Shown: positions 24,837-36,132 of the stretch, piece by piece
How positions within the stretch are numbered: position 1 is the stretch's first letter
How the letters are laid out: each line of letters begins with the position of its first letter
Source: a virus
IMG/VR virus record: IMGVR_UViG_3300049016_000019
Location: 238 to 64,237 of that record
DNA length: 64,000 nt
Direction: 5' to 3' (one strand)
Notes under the pieces: generated by a model
Told to the model about the DNA's origin: nothing
What the model saw: only the letters and a program-made list of their open reading frames with translations
Databases searched by the model: none
Position numbers and translations under genes: made by a program

Positions 24837-25397
24837 GTGGTGAAGGAGAGAGCTTCAACAGTGACCCCGGCCACGACAGCCAGGGTTTGTACTAAGATCA
24901 TCTTAGGCGACACGTCCGGTACGGCTTACCAGTACCCCCCGAACCCAACTGCCCAGGAAAGCCAGTTGGGGAATATATGGGTTGCAGCGTCTCGCGCGCT
25001 TGCTGCGTCAACGCTGCTTGATTCACTGGGCCTAGCGGGTCCTCCGCCTCTCGCCCTGTGTGCTAGGCGGGTCACCCTCCGAGGCTTAGCTACCTGCACA
25101 TTGTCCGGTGATCTAGCGACCGGCACCTTAGATGCTCTTGTCAATGATCTCTGTCCGGTATGCCCGGTTCCTTCTATGACTCAATCGTGCGCCTGATTTG
25201 CGTGTGACGCAAGCCCTACTGCGGGGTAAGTTCTCATGATTCTTTGTCGTCAACTCAGGCTTGCGGTAGGCACAGCGCGCCACGCGGGCGGCAAACATGC
25301 ACCTCGGGGGCGTTTGACCCTTGACGTAACGGTTACGCGGGCCGCATGGTGAAACCGGAGCTTGACAAATCGGACAAAGGAGTGTGAGGTGTACTAA
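24837..25397. promoter_or_regulatory. Divergent control (immunity) region with palindromes and rightward promoter
   Basis: Palindromes at 24892-24906, 25198-25212, 25325-25337; TTGACG-N18-CATGGT (25321-25350) upstream of the repressor. Confidence 0.6.
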
Positions 25398-25799
25398 ATG
25401 GATCAGGCGAATCGAGACGCAACGTTTGCTCGATGGCTGGACCTGACCATGGAAAACAGGGGAATATCTGGCCGTGGCCTTGCAAAGCGCATCAGGGTTC
25501 ACGACTCGGCAGTTAGTCGCTGGCGCTCAGGGGAACAGGGTCCAAGCCTCGACACTGTTATGCGGATCGCCCGCGCACTGAACGTTGATGGCATCAGACT
25601 CGCCGTAACGGCGGGACTGCTAAGCAGCGAAGAGGCCGGACGCCTACCGCTCCCCATGCCCGAGCCGACAGCACGCCGGAAGTCGATCAAGAGGCAGATC
25701 GCCCGCATCCGAGGACTGACGGATCAGGAGAAGCAACACCTCATGGAAGCCTATGACGAGCGGATAGCTCAAGATACGCAAGGGGAGATAGGAGCATAA
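25398..25799 (+). CDS. XRE-family HTH immunity repressor
   Basis: FARWL...GISGRGLAKRI.V..SAVSRW.SG..GPS..T..RIARAL; one of only two credible plus-strand genes. Confidence 0.85.
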   Translation: MDQANRDATFARWLDLTMENRGISGRGLAKRIRVHDSAVSRWRSGEQGPSLDTVMRIARALNVDGIRLAVTAGLLSSEEAGRLPLPMPEPTARRKSIKRQIARIRGLTDQEKQHLMEAYDERIAQDTQGEIGA

Positions 25800-26143
25800 T
25801 GATCAAGGAGGAATGGCGCCGCACGATCACCGTAGTCCTGACCTATTCAGGCTGGGGCGGGGCCTTCGGACTCAGTCTATGGATGACGCTGTCCGGTAGG
25901 TCGGGCGACGACGGCTGGCGGTTGCTGGTCATCGTGTTTGTCGGTATCGCCATAGCGGCGGGAGCGGCACTGGGACGTATCCGATTGACCGAAGCGATAC
26001 TTGGCGCCTTCAGGGCCGGTATGGATACAGCCAATGAGCGATTGGAACATGTAGCCAAGGAGGCCGTCGAGGAAATCAAGCATGACACCAACGGGGCAAG
26101 TCCTGGAGACGCAACCACAAAAAGCCCCCCGCCTGACATGTAG
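25799..26143 (+). CDS. Two-TM membrane protein coupled to the repressor
   Basis: TAATG overlap; two hydrophobic helices. Confidence 0.7.
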   Translation: MIKEEWRRTITVVLTYSGWGGAFGLSLWMTLSGRSGDDGWRLLVIVFVGIAIAAGAALGRIRLTEAILGAFRAGMDTANERLEHVAKEAVEEIKHDTNGASPGDATTKSPPPDM

Positions 26144-26154
26144 TCAAGCGGGGG
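26119..26154 (-). terminator. Terminator at convergence of lysis and repressor operons
   Basis: CCCCCGC..TGAC/GTCA..GCGGGGG stem with T-run on the minus strand. Confidence 0.7.
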
Positions 26155-26165
26155 ACCGCGACGGC

Positions 26166-26405
26166 TTATTTATCAGGCGCCTTGCGTAGCCATGCTGGCA
26201 GGCGCGACTCAACGATGGGAGAGTTGAAGACGCGCACAACCCCTGCGGATGCAGCAAGTAGCGTAGCTACGCCTGGCGTGGATACCGGGTCCACGCCCAG
26301 ACCGGCGATGATGACAGGCATGGCCGCCGCCAGCGTGATGGCGAACTGGACAACGGAACGCAGCGTTCGCCTGCCCGAATCGTCCGGCCTCTTGTGACGT
26401 GCCAT
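26166..26405 (-). CDS. Holin (Streptomyces-phage type)
   Basis: RTLRSVVQ..TM..P..TM..RV..P.VE..LPAWLR; directly after endolysin. Confidence 0.75.
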   Translation of the reverse strand: MARHKRPDDSGRRTLRSVVQFAITLAAAMPVIIAGLGVDPVSTPGVATLLAASAGVVRVFNSPIVESRLPAWLRKAPDK

Positions 26406-27310
26406 TAGGTCACCTTCAGCCCCAGCCAGCCAAGCGTAGTCTTGCCGACAATCCCGTCTGCGTCAGAGCCGGTGAAGCCCTGCGCCTTCTGGGCGGCCTT
26501 GACGGCGGCCTTGGTCTGGTTGCCATAGTAGCCAGTAGCGCCCGATGGGATGCTGAACCCCTTTGCTATCAGACGCAGTTGCATCCTCTTGGTGTCACCG
26601 CTACTGAGTCCGTAGCGGATGTGTGACATCCGTACGGTCGGCGGGCCGGGCTTAGGGGCCGGGGGTTTGGCTGCTGGCATCTTGAGAACCTGCCCAACGC
26701 TGATCTTGTTCGGGTCCTTGAGTTCGTTGAGCAGCGCGATCTCGCGCCACACCGTGTGATGGTCCTTGGCGATAGCGGACAGCGTGTCGCCCGACTTGAC
26801 CACGTACTCATCCGTCTTGGGTTCCGGCACAGGTACGGGCTCTGGTTCGGTCTCGACGTACTTGGGACGCCCATAGCCCGCGATGGTGGCAGCGGTCCGC
26901 ACCCGGCGAGCGCACACGTCATCCGTGTTGCCCTCGATGGTGTAGACCTTATCACCGTCCACCTTCTCGACAACGCCAACGTGATCGATACGGGACAGGT
27001 CATTCGTGCCCGTCCAGTCAAAGAACACGATGTCCCCGCGCTTGATGCCGCCCACGTCCACGTGCCACTGTTCTTTTGAACGGAACTTAGCGGCATGCGA
27101 GACCGTGTAGGCATAGTAGTTGTCAAAGCACACCGCGAGGCCGTTGTCCGAGTGGTACGCCCAGTACGTCACGGCAGCATTACACCAAGCGAAGTTGCCC
27201 TGATAGCCAGACAGGTTGACCTTCGTACGGTACCAAGCCTGAATCTTGTTGGGCTCGCCCATGCCCAGACTCTTCTTTGCCTCATCAAGCATGGCCTCAA
27301 CGCCGCTCAT
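26405..27310 (-). CDS. Endolysin: CHAP + LysM + peptidoglycan-binding domain
   Basis: AWCNAAV, GDIVFFDW, IDHVGVVE, TIEGNT; YVVKSGDTLSAIA LysM; TGYYGNQTKAAVKAAQ...DGIVG. Confidence 0.92.
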   Translation of the reverse strand: MSGVEAMLDEAKKSLGMGEPNKIQAWYRTKVNLSGYQGNFAWCNAAVTYWAYHSDNGLAVCFDNYYAYTVSHAAKFRSKEQWHVDVGGIKRGDIVFFDWTGTNDLSRIDHVGVVEKVDGDKVYTIEGNTDDVCARRVRTAATIAGYGRPKYVETEPEPVPVPEPKTDEYVVKSGDTLSAIAKDHHTVWREIALLNELKDPNKISVGQVLKMPAAKPPAPKPGPPTVRMSHIRYGLSSGDTKRMQLRLIAKGFSIPSGATGYYGNQTKAAVKAAQKAQGFTGSDADGIVGKTTLGWLGLKVT

Positions 27311-27471
27311 GAGCCCTCCCCCCGAAAGAAACCAAAATCATCCGGCTCGCCGTACGCCTCGTGGAGAAGTTCTTCCTCGTTCTCGACCGTAGGCCCGTTG
27401 TCGGTGCGGCGGATGCACTTAGCCTGATCCGCCTGATTCATGTCCTCGTTGACAGGTCGGGGGTTGCCCAT
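27307..27471 (-). CDS. Small acidic protein coupled to endolysin
   Basis: DQAKCIRRTDNGPTVENEEELLHEAYGEPDDFGFFRG; ATGA overlap with endolysin. Confidence 0.6.
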   Translation of the reverse strand: MGNPRPVNEDMNQADQAKCIRRTDNGPTVENEEELLHEAYGEPDDFGFFRGEGS

Positions 27472-27481
27472 GCTGTCATCC

Positions 27482-28030
27482 TCACTTGATCGGTGGGTTG
27501 TTGGCGACAAACTCGGAGAGTCGCTGAACGGCCTCGCGATACTTCTGCTCCATCGCTGCCAGTTCACCTACACGACCCTCCAACTTGTTCCGGTTGGCCT
27601 CAAGTTCGCCAATTGCGGCCAGTTGACGGTCCCGTGCTGCGCGGATTTCCGCTTCGGCTTCCTGGGCGAGTTGTGCGTTGGCCTGCTGAGCCTCCGCTCG
27701 CGCTGCGGCCATGATGCGATCCGCTTGCACGTGCGCATCGCTGACCACGTCGTCAGCGGTCCTCTGGGCAAGCTCCAGAATGCGCACCGATGCCTGAGTG
27801 GGAGACTCGGGCGGGGGTTCGATGGGAATCGGGGGAAGGAAGTTCTGGGATTCGATCTTGCGCATCTCCGTGGTGCTACGTATCGCTGCGTCCTCTGCGC
27901 GCCTGAGCGCAGCTTCATAGTCCGCAGCGATCTGATCGAGGAAGTCGTCTACCTCGTTCTGGTCGTAGCCTTCACGGAGCCTGACGGCTGTGAACGTCTT
28001 GTCTTTGATGTCCTGAACTGTCAATGCCAT
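27482..28030 (-). CDS. divIVA-like: DivIVA/Wag31 homolog
   Basis: MALTVQDIKDKTFTAVRLREGYDQNEVDDFLDQI N-domain plus second coiled coil ILELAQRTADD...LEGRVGELAAMEQKYR. Confidence 0.88.
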   Translation of the reverse strand: MALTVQDIKDKTFTAVRLREGYDQNEVDDFLDQIAADYEAALRRAEDAAIRSTTEMRKIESQNFLPPIPIEPPPESPTQASVRILELAQRTADDVVSDAHVQADRIMAAARAEAQQANAQLAQEAEAEIRAARDRQLAAIGELEANRNKLEGRVGELAAMEQKYREAVQRLSEFVANNPPIK

Positions 28031-28055
28031 TGCGGGTTTTCACTTCCGGTGCAGG

Positions 28056-30111
<2,056 letters not shown>

Positions 30112-31026
30112 TTACAGGAAGTACTCGATGTTGTTGAACGAGATCCAGTCAGGCTGAGCCACCGCATACGTGTGCTGATGCTCAAGGTGGTGCGTGTGGC
30201 TACCAGCGCCCACGCTGAACGAGTGGGAGTGGCCACCCACGACACCATGTGCATGGTCGAGGTGGTTGGTCAGGGCCGTGTATGTCGTCCAGTCCTCGGG
30301 GTCTACGTATGACGTGGTCCCACTGTCGCTCACGCTGGACGCCGTGGTCTCCTCATCGCTGGAGTTGTTGTTCACCGCATAGGTGCGAGCGCCGCCGTCG
30401 ATACTGACCTGTCCGTTCGTCGCAAAGATGATCTGAATTCCAACATCACCTCCACCGTACCCTCGCGCAGCAAGTACCTTACGCTCCACGCTCGGGCGTA
30501 GCTCCACGGGGAGTACGCCAGCAGCGATGATCGTTGTACCGCTGGACCGGTTGACGCGCCCCTTCCACTGCATCTTTGGGACGCCGTGGTCGTCAACGCG
30601 TCGGCATGCGAAGTCGTCGGCGTCAGTGAATCCGGAAGACAGGGCAGGCGACGTGAAAGAGCTTGCGCTCTCCGCGATGTGTCCAATGATCCAGATGTCC
30701 GCGCCTTGCTTACCGATCAGCACGGTCTGACCTACGGTCGGGCCGTAGCTATCGATGAACCGAACTCCCGAGATCTCTGTCGTATCGCCGGACAGTGTAA
30801 CGCTTACCGTGGGCGGGGTTGCTGTACTGCTGATGGAGGCGATAACCCCTTTGCGGAACGTCGCCGGATCAAACGGGAATTCAGGCTTTTGGATCTCCAT
30901 AGCAAGATCGCGGATCGCGCCGTCCTGTCCCGTACCTGCGCCCTGAGTCGCCTGATTGGCTTGCTGTGCGGCCGACTCCGGAGGTACGACAGGAGGCTCG
31001 GGAGGAGTGGTAGCAGGAGTGGTCAT
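30112..31026 (-). CDS. Minor tail protein
   Basis: FRKGVIASI..TVSVTLSG..Y.PTVG..VLI; C-terminal fibre-like region; tail-module position. Confidence 0.7.
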   Translation of the reverse strand: MTTPATTPPEPPVVPPESAAQQANQATQGAGTGQDGAIRDLAMEIQKPEFPFDPATFRKGVIASISSTATPPTVSVTLSGDTTEISGVRFIDSYGPTVGQTVLIGKQGADIWIIGHIAESASSFTSPALSSGFTDADDFACRRVDDHGVPKMQWKGRVNRSSGTTIIAAGVLPVELRPSVERKVLAARGYGGGDVGIQIIFATNGQVSIDGGARTYAVNNNSSDEETTASSVSDSGTTSYVDPEDWTTYTALTNHLDHAHGVVGGHSHSFSVGAGSHTHHLEHQHTYAVAQPDWISFNNIEYFL

Positions 31027-32168
31027 TCTTCCAGCGCCAATCTCTTCTGCCGCAGACGCAGGCCCTGAGTAGAACTCATGCTCAGCGGGATGTCGAACGC
31101 GTCCAGGATGTGGAGCCCGGCGACTCCGGATCGGGCACGCACAACCTCGATGATATCGCTCGCCTCATAAGAGGGGTTGACGACAGCGGTGATGGACAAC
31201 TGTGAAGAAACGCCGAGGGATTGCTGCAATAGCGCCTGAGCGACGGCTGCCGCTTCCGCCTCTGTCTTGACGAGCTGGTCGGTGTGGAACATCGGCACCT
31301 CGCCGTAAGGGCCAAAGCGATACGTTGCCGAAGTCGGCTCCTCGTCCCACGCTTCAGCGCGTACCGCAGGAAGCTCATCCCCTGGCGATTCTCCCGTGAC
31401 GACAACTCCGTTAAAGCCGGGCTCATCACTGAAGATTCGGGACAGGTCGGTCATGATGCACTGCTGACCCTCAATGTACGTGAAGTCAGGCGAGGGCAGA
31501 GCATCGATATCCACGGGGGGGGCGATGACCAGGATGCCGGACGCGTCAAAGTAGGCTTCACATGCGATAGCCGTAGCCAGCGTAGTGATGGCTTCCCAAG
31601 GATCGTCGCCCACATCGTGTACCCGAGGAGCCGTAGTAGTCAAGGTTGTTGAGATAGCGTCATACTCAACGCCCGGGAAGGTTCGCTCGGCGATCTCCTT
31701 GATAGCGGTAATCACGTTCGTCTGTTCAGGTATTACGTAGGGCTGAACAAACCTGTCCCTCGCCACCGTACGCGAGAGATCAAATCCCTCGATCTTGATC
31801 TCGGGCGAACCGCCAATCTTGTCCGTCACCGTGACCTTGGAGATACGGAACACGCCCAGGGGGTAGACCTCGGTCTCGCCCTCGGGGAACTCGTTCGTCT
31901 TGGCGTATCGCACGCCCCGGTACGGACGAATCTCCGTACCGTACGGGGTGAGTGGACTGTCCTGCCCCTTTGGCGCCAGTTCGCCCAGAGGGTCTACGCA
32001 GGTGATATCGCATGTGCGGCGGACCGCTGCGGTACGGTCCACCGACACTGTGCCATCAGTAGCAGGCAGGCGGATCACTTCCTGATTGGGAGCCTTTACC
32101 TCTACGTAGGAGTAGACCTCGTGTGAGCGACGTATCTCCTTGAGGAAGCGATCCGTTGCGCGTGGCAT
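31023..32168 (-). CDS. Minor tail/hub protein (DUF5047-like)
   Basis: GTVSVDRTAAVRRTCDI..PYGTEIR.YRGV..YPLGVF; position after distal-tail gene. Confidence 0.75.
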   Translation of the reverse strand: MPRATDRFLKEIRRSHEVYSYVEVKAPNQEVIRLPATDGTVSVDRTAAVRRTCDITCVDPLGELAPKGQDSPLTPYGTEIRPYRGVRYAKTNEFPEGETEVYPLGVFRISKVTVTDKIGGSPEIKIEGFDLSRTVARDRFVQPYVIPEQTNVITAIKEIAERTFPGVEYDAISTTLTTTAPRVHDVGDDPWEAITTLATAIACEAYFDASGILVIAPPVDIDALPSPDFTYIEGQQCIMTDLSRIFSDEPGFNGVVVTGESPGDELPAVRAEAWDEEPTSATYRFGPYGEVPMFHTDQLVKTEAEAAAVAQALLQQSLGVSSQLSITAVVNPSYEASDIIEVVRARSGVAGLHILDAFDIPLSMSSTQGLRLRQKRLALEE

Positions 32169-32169
32169 T

Positions 32170-35100
32170 CTACTCCTCCGGTGCTACCTGAACGAACGTG
32201 ATCTTGACGAACCGAAGGGGATCAGTCCGTCGCTTTCCGGTGAGCTGAGTCTCTGACTCCAGGTCACCAACCGGACGAACCCACCAAGCGTTGTCCATGT
32301 CCGACTGAAGGTACAGAGTGCGGCCGGTCTTGAGGAGCTTCCGCAAAGCGGCGTACTCATCTCGATAGCAGATGACCGTAAGCTCTACGGCCTCACCCTT
32401 GTAGCCTTCAGTGAGGACCACGGGATAGCTCTCGCCGAGCGGCTGGAACACCGCCGACGTGTTGGTAGTACCAACAGTCAACGGCGCCGCCTTAACCCGT
32501 AGTTCAAGGTTGCTGCCCGGATTCTGAATATCCTTGAGCCACCAAGTGGACGCGGTGACGGACACCTCCATGCTCTCCGCACCATAGGGTGACACGAACT
32601 TGTCGCCCAAGAGTCCGTATGAGATGTTCCGCACCCGATACTTGCGGCTGACGAGCGGGATGATCGTGTGATCCATGTACTGAGACACGCCGGTAAGCGG
32701 ATCGAACAGCGGCGGATTGGCCTTAAGTCCGGCAAGGTTCTGCCAGGGGCCATAGCCAGAGCCATCATCGTCCGCGTACTGAATCTCAGGGCCCGTCCAC
32801 ACAGGATGCTCGTCCCTGCCCGTACCGTTACGCCACACCAGCGACTCGCCCAGTGAGACGGAGACGCGGTCAAAGTTGACCTGATCATTGAGAGCGCGGT
32901 CAACTGCGGACACGATCGGCCGAATGCGGGTAGTGCCAGTCGGCAGGTCGAACACCGCTGCGGACTTCACCCATGTCGTCGTCTCGAACGGTGCCCCTTC
33001 CGCTATCTGCGACGAAATCAGCTCGTTAGCTCGGTAGCAGTCCAAGCGAAGGAAGGGAGTACCAGCCGCCGAGCCCAGGAAGGCCGCCGTCATGGTCACC
33101 TTGCCACCGGAAAGGCGCAACACCTCGGGATCGATGAGTGAGATATCGACCGTCTCGGTAGTCTGTGCGGCCACAACTCCCGCCGCAGCCGCCTGCCCTG
33201 GTCTCAGAATCCCGATCCAGGACGCCACACCATCGACAGAGGTGCCCGAGCCGGGCGTGAATTGCGCCGTGATGGACATGTTGCCGGTAGAAACGACGCC
33301 GTTAGAGTCGTATACGCCCATCGTCAGCCAGGGATCAGCGCTTCCGGTCGTGCCGTCCGTACGCTCAGTCTCGTTGGCTCCAGGGGGTGGCACCTGGGCA
33401 GGGTCCAGGCCCTTGATGACACCGATCCACGCTGCGGCAGAGAAGTAACTCTGGTTCAGCGTGGCCGATCGCGACGTATTGCCCGTGGAGATCGAACCGT
33501 TCGAGTCATAGATCGCCAGGGCAACATCCTCGTTGTTCTGGCGCACCACGTACTGATCGAACCGCTCTTTGTCAGTAGAGGCTGACCACGTGGGGGCATC
33601 GCTGGCAGAGGCTCCGAAGGCCGCTATGCGCCAAGACATTGAGTTGGTGTTGTTCACCGTGGCCGTGGTGATAGAGCTACCGGAGCCGCTCTGTGTGCCG
33701 TTCTCAGCGATGAACTGGTTGGCCGCCGTGTCACAGTTCCGGTAAGCCATAACCGTCGTGATGGTAGGCGTAGCAGAAAAGCTGAGAGATCCCGTCCAGG
33801 AGGTGGGCTCACTGCTTCCCGCCGTCCGCTTCAAGATGGCCAGAGTGTTGGCGTAAGAGTTGTCGGACTGGGCGATCTTCCTGACCAGTGTCCAGCCGGA
33901 CGGGGGCGTGACGGTACCAATCTCATTACCGATCGAGATGAACGCGATCATCAGGTCGGCGGACTGGACACCTGACGGCCTGTTGATGGTATAGCTGGTT
34001 GAGCCGCTAGTGCCCTGAGACCACTTGGTGGCGGCGCCCACAAACTGAATTGGCGGGGCGCCAGCGGTGGATGGTGCATCCTTATTGGCTACCAGAGTGC
34101 CGCCGGTTGCATTATCCCGGAACGCGAACGCCGATACACGCCACGCGTTCGGGTCGGTGTTGCTGACCGTCGCCGTAGCTGACGTGAGCGCGCCCGTGAC
34201 ATCGGTACGAACGTTCTCAGCCACGAACTGCTCATCCGCCAGAGCGGCACCAGAGTAAGCGACCACAACCGCTCTACGCCTGGCCGCCGAAGCGCTTATG
34301 GCTCCCACCCATGTAGACGGATCGGCGGCCAAGCCGGTGCGCTTAAGCACCCACATGGCCACATCGTCGGTGTCATTGTCCAGAGAACCGGTGTTGACCA
34401 GAGTCCAGCCTGCTGGCGGATCGATTGTGCCAGCTTCAGTCGCCGTGACGAACGCCAGCAGGAGGTCCCCATCAACGACACCGGCAGGCTTGTTGAGTGT
34501 GTAATCAGTCCCCGTACTGGGTGACGAGAAGACCGTACCGATCGCCCTGAATCCCAGGGAGGCCGCGACGCCGGTATAGGCCATGCGGTTCATCTTTACG
34601 CCACTTGAGCCCGTTCCGGTAACCGCGACACGGCTCACGGTCGTTGCCAGGTTGGCCAGCGTCCAAGTGTTGCTCCCGGCCGGGTCGTCGCCCGTCGACA
34701 CGTGCGAGGTGAGAAGGTTACGGCTCATGTGCCCGCCGTCGCTCCACGGCACGTCGGTCCCGTACATCAGCCCCACGTGGTCAACGTAGTGCGTCTCCGA
34801 AGCCACGACTGAGACGACCTCGCACTGCACCTTCGCATACACCGTTCCGAGGGGCGCGTCACCAGTGGCGGACGCTTCGGTCCAGGTAGTGGAAAGCGTA
34901 GTCGCAGTACCCGAAATGACACTGGACGGGATCTCCGCGAACGACTCATCATAGAACCGCGCATAGATGTTGACCGTACGTGAACCGGATGTCGCCTTGC
35001 GGAACTGCGCCCTGACCGTTACGGGCGTGCTGGGAGCGCACTCCACATAAGTACTCGTTGCAGACATGTTGCCCGAACCGGCACCAACCATCTGAAGTGC

Positions 35101-36132
35101 ACCGACACCAGGCCCGTAAAAGGCCATAGTCGTCCGGCTCAGGGTCGCGTTCGTAGCGGTGTACTCGACGGGGTCGGCGGGCGATTCTAGACCGGCATGC
35201 CCCACGGACATGAGGTTGGACGCATCCCGGAACTGAAGGAACGCAGCCGAGTTGAACGTGTCAGGCACAACGGAGATGGTGGCCGCGCCAGAGCCAGCGC
35301 CGAACGCCCCATCCTCGATGGGGATGCCGGGCGCCGGACCCTGGACAGTAAACGTCTTGAACGCCCAGGGGCTATAGACGCCGAAGTTCGACTTGCCGCG
35401 TACATAGACGTAGTAGCTGTCAGGGTTGAGTGAGTCGGTCAGTGCGACAGCCTCGATCTCGCCCGCGACGGAACCCGCAATGATCGGCGCAGTCTTGTCC
35501 GGGTCGAATCCCGAAGCGTTCTTCTGGACGGCGGTGAAGATCTTGTAGTCCGCCGCCACCTGCTGATCGCCATCAGTCTGGTTGTACGTCCAAGTGATGG
35601 TCGGGGAAGGCGTGTTGACGGTACCAGTGGGGCCGGTGACCGTCAGGCTGGGCGAGTATCGGAAGTTCACGCGGCAATAGAACTTGTAGATGCGAACGTT
35701 GTCTGCCGCCATGCAGTACGAGAAAGCTCCGATAAGGAACTTGTTCAGGCGGTGTATGTCCCACTTGTTGCCGCGAGGGTCGCGCCTGAACGTTCCGATC
35801 TCGTACAGGGTAGGTGTCTGCGAAGGATAGATGGACCTTGTGTAGTAGCAGGATGTCTTGTCCTTGGACAGCACCTTGAACGAAATCGACCTCATGGATG
35901 AAGTCGTTTTCGCGACACGGGCAAACACGGTAACCGAGTCGATCTTCGCGCCCGAAGGAAGGCTGGTGATGTCCTGCGGGAACGCAAGCGTGAAAGAACC
36001 CTTGCTAGAAGGGTTCTTCACGTACGTCGAGTCGCTGTCATCGTCCAGGGCGTCAAACGCTTTGGTCGCCCCAACCACCGTCCAGCCCTGGTTCTGCCAG
36101 TCGGATGTAGGCAGAAGATCGATGGAAGCCAT
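32170..36132 (-). CDS. Large multi-module tail protein (carbohydrate-binding-like modules, distal-tail-like C-terminus)
   Basis: Follows tape measure; repeated KPxG..GDL..PxGWTL modules; C-terminal G..VVLT..ELTV..L..LL..GRTLYLQ. Confidence 0.7.
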   Translation of the reverse strand: MASIDLLPTSDWQNQGWTVVGATKAFDALDDDSDSTYVKNPSSKGSFTLAFPQDITSLPSGAKIDSVTVFARVAKTTSSMRSISFKVLSKDKTSCYYTRSIYPSQTPTLYEIGTFRRDPRGNKWDIHRLNKFLIGAFSYCMAADNVRIYKFYCRVNFRYSPSLTVTGPTGTVNTPSPTITWTYNQTDGDQQVAADYKIFTAVQKNASGFDPDKTAPIIAGSVAGEIEAVALTDSLNPDSYYVYVRGKSNFGVYSPWAFKTFTVQGPAPGIPIEDGAFGAGSGAATISVVPDTFNSAAFLQFRDASNLMSVGHAGLESPADPVEYTATNATLSRTTMAFYGPGVGALQMVGAGSGNMSATSTYVECAPSTPVTVRAQFRKATSGSRTVNIYARFYDESFAEIPSSVISGTATTLSTTWTEASATGDAPLGTVYAKVQCEVVSVVASETHYVDHVGLMYGTDVPWSDGGHMSRNLLTSHVSTGDDPAGSNTWTLANLATTVSRVAVTGTGSSGVKMNRMAYTGVAASLGFRAIGTVFSSPSTGTDYTLNKPAGVVDGDLLLAFVTATEAGTIDPPAGWTLVNTGSLDNDTDDVAMWVLKRTGLAADPSTWVGAISASAARRRAVVVAYSGAALADEQFVAENVRTDVTGALTSATATVSNTDPNAWRVSAFAFRDNATGGTLVANKDAPSTAGAPPIQFVGAATKWSQGTSGSTSYTINRPSGVQSADLMIAFISIGNEIGTVTPPSGWTLVRKIAQSDNSYANTLAILKRTAGSSEPTSWTGSLSFSATPTITTVMAYRNCDTAANQFIAENGTQSGSGSSITTATVNNTNSMSWRIAAFGASASDAPTWSASTDKERFDQYVVRQNNEDVALAIYDSNGSISTGNTSRSATLNQSYFSAAAWIGVIKGLDPAQVPPPGANETERTDGTTGSADPWLTMGVYDSNGVVSTGNMSITAQFTPGSGTSVDGVASWIGILRPGQAAAAGVVAAQTTETVDISLIDPEVLRLSGGKVTMTAAFLGSAAGTPFLRLDCYRANELISSQIAEGAPFETTTWVKSAAVFDLPTGTTRIRPIVSAVDRALNDQVNFDRVSVSLGESLVWRNGTGRDEHPVWTGPEIQYADDDGSGYGPWQNLAGLKANPPLFDPLTGVSQYMDHTIIPLVSRKYRVRNISYGLLGDKFVSPYGAESMEVSVTASTWWLKDIQNPGSNLELRVKAAPLTVGTTNTSAVFQPLGESYPVVLTEGYKGEAVELTVICYRDEYAALRKLLKTGRTLYLQSDMDNAWWVRPVGDLESETQLTGKRRTDPLRFVKITFVQVAPEE

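Noticed and set aside
25100-25255. Leftward sigma-70-type promoter from TTGACA (25139-25144) or TTGACG (25248-25253) on the minus strand
   Set aside because: No acceptable -10 hexamer at 17-18 bp spacing
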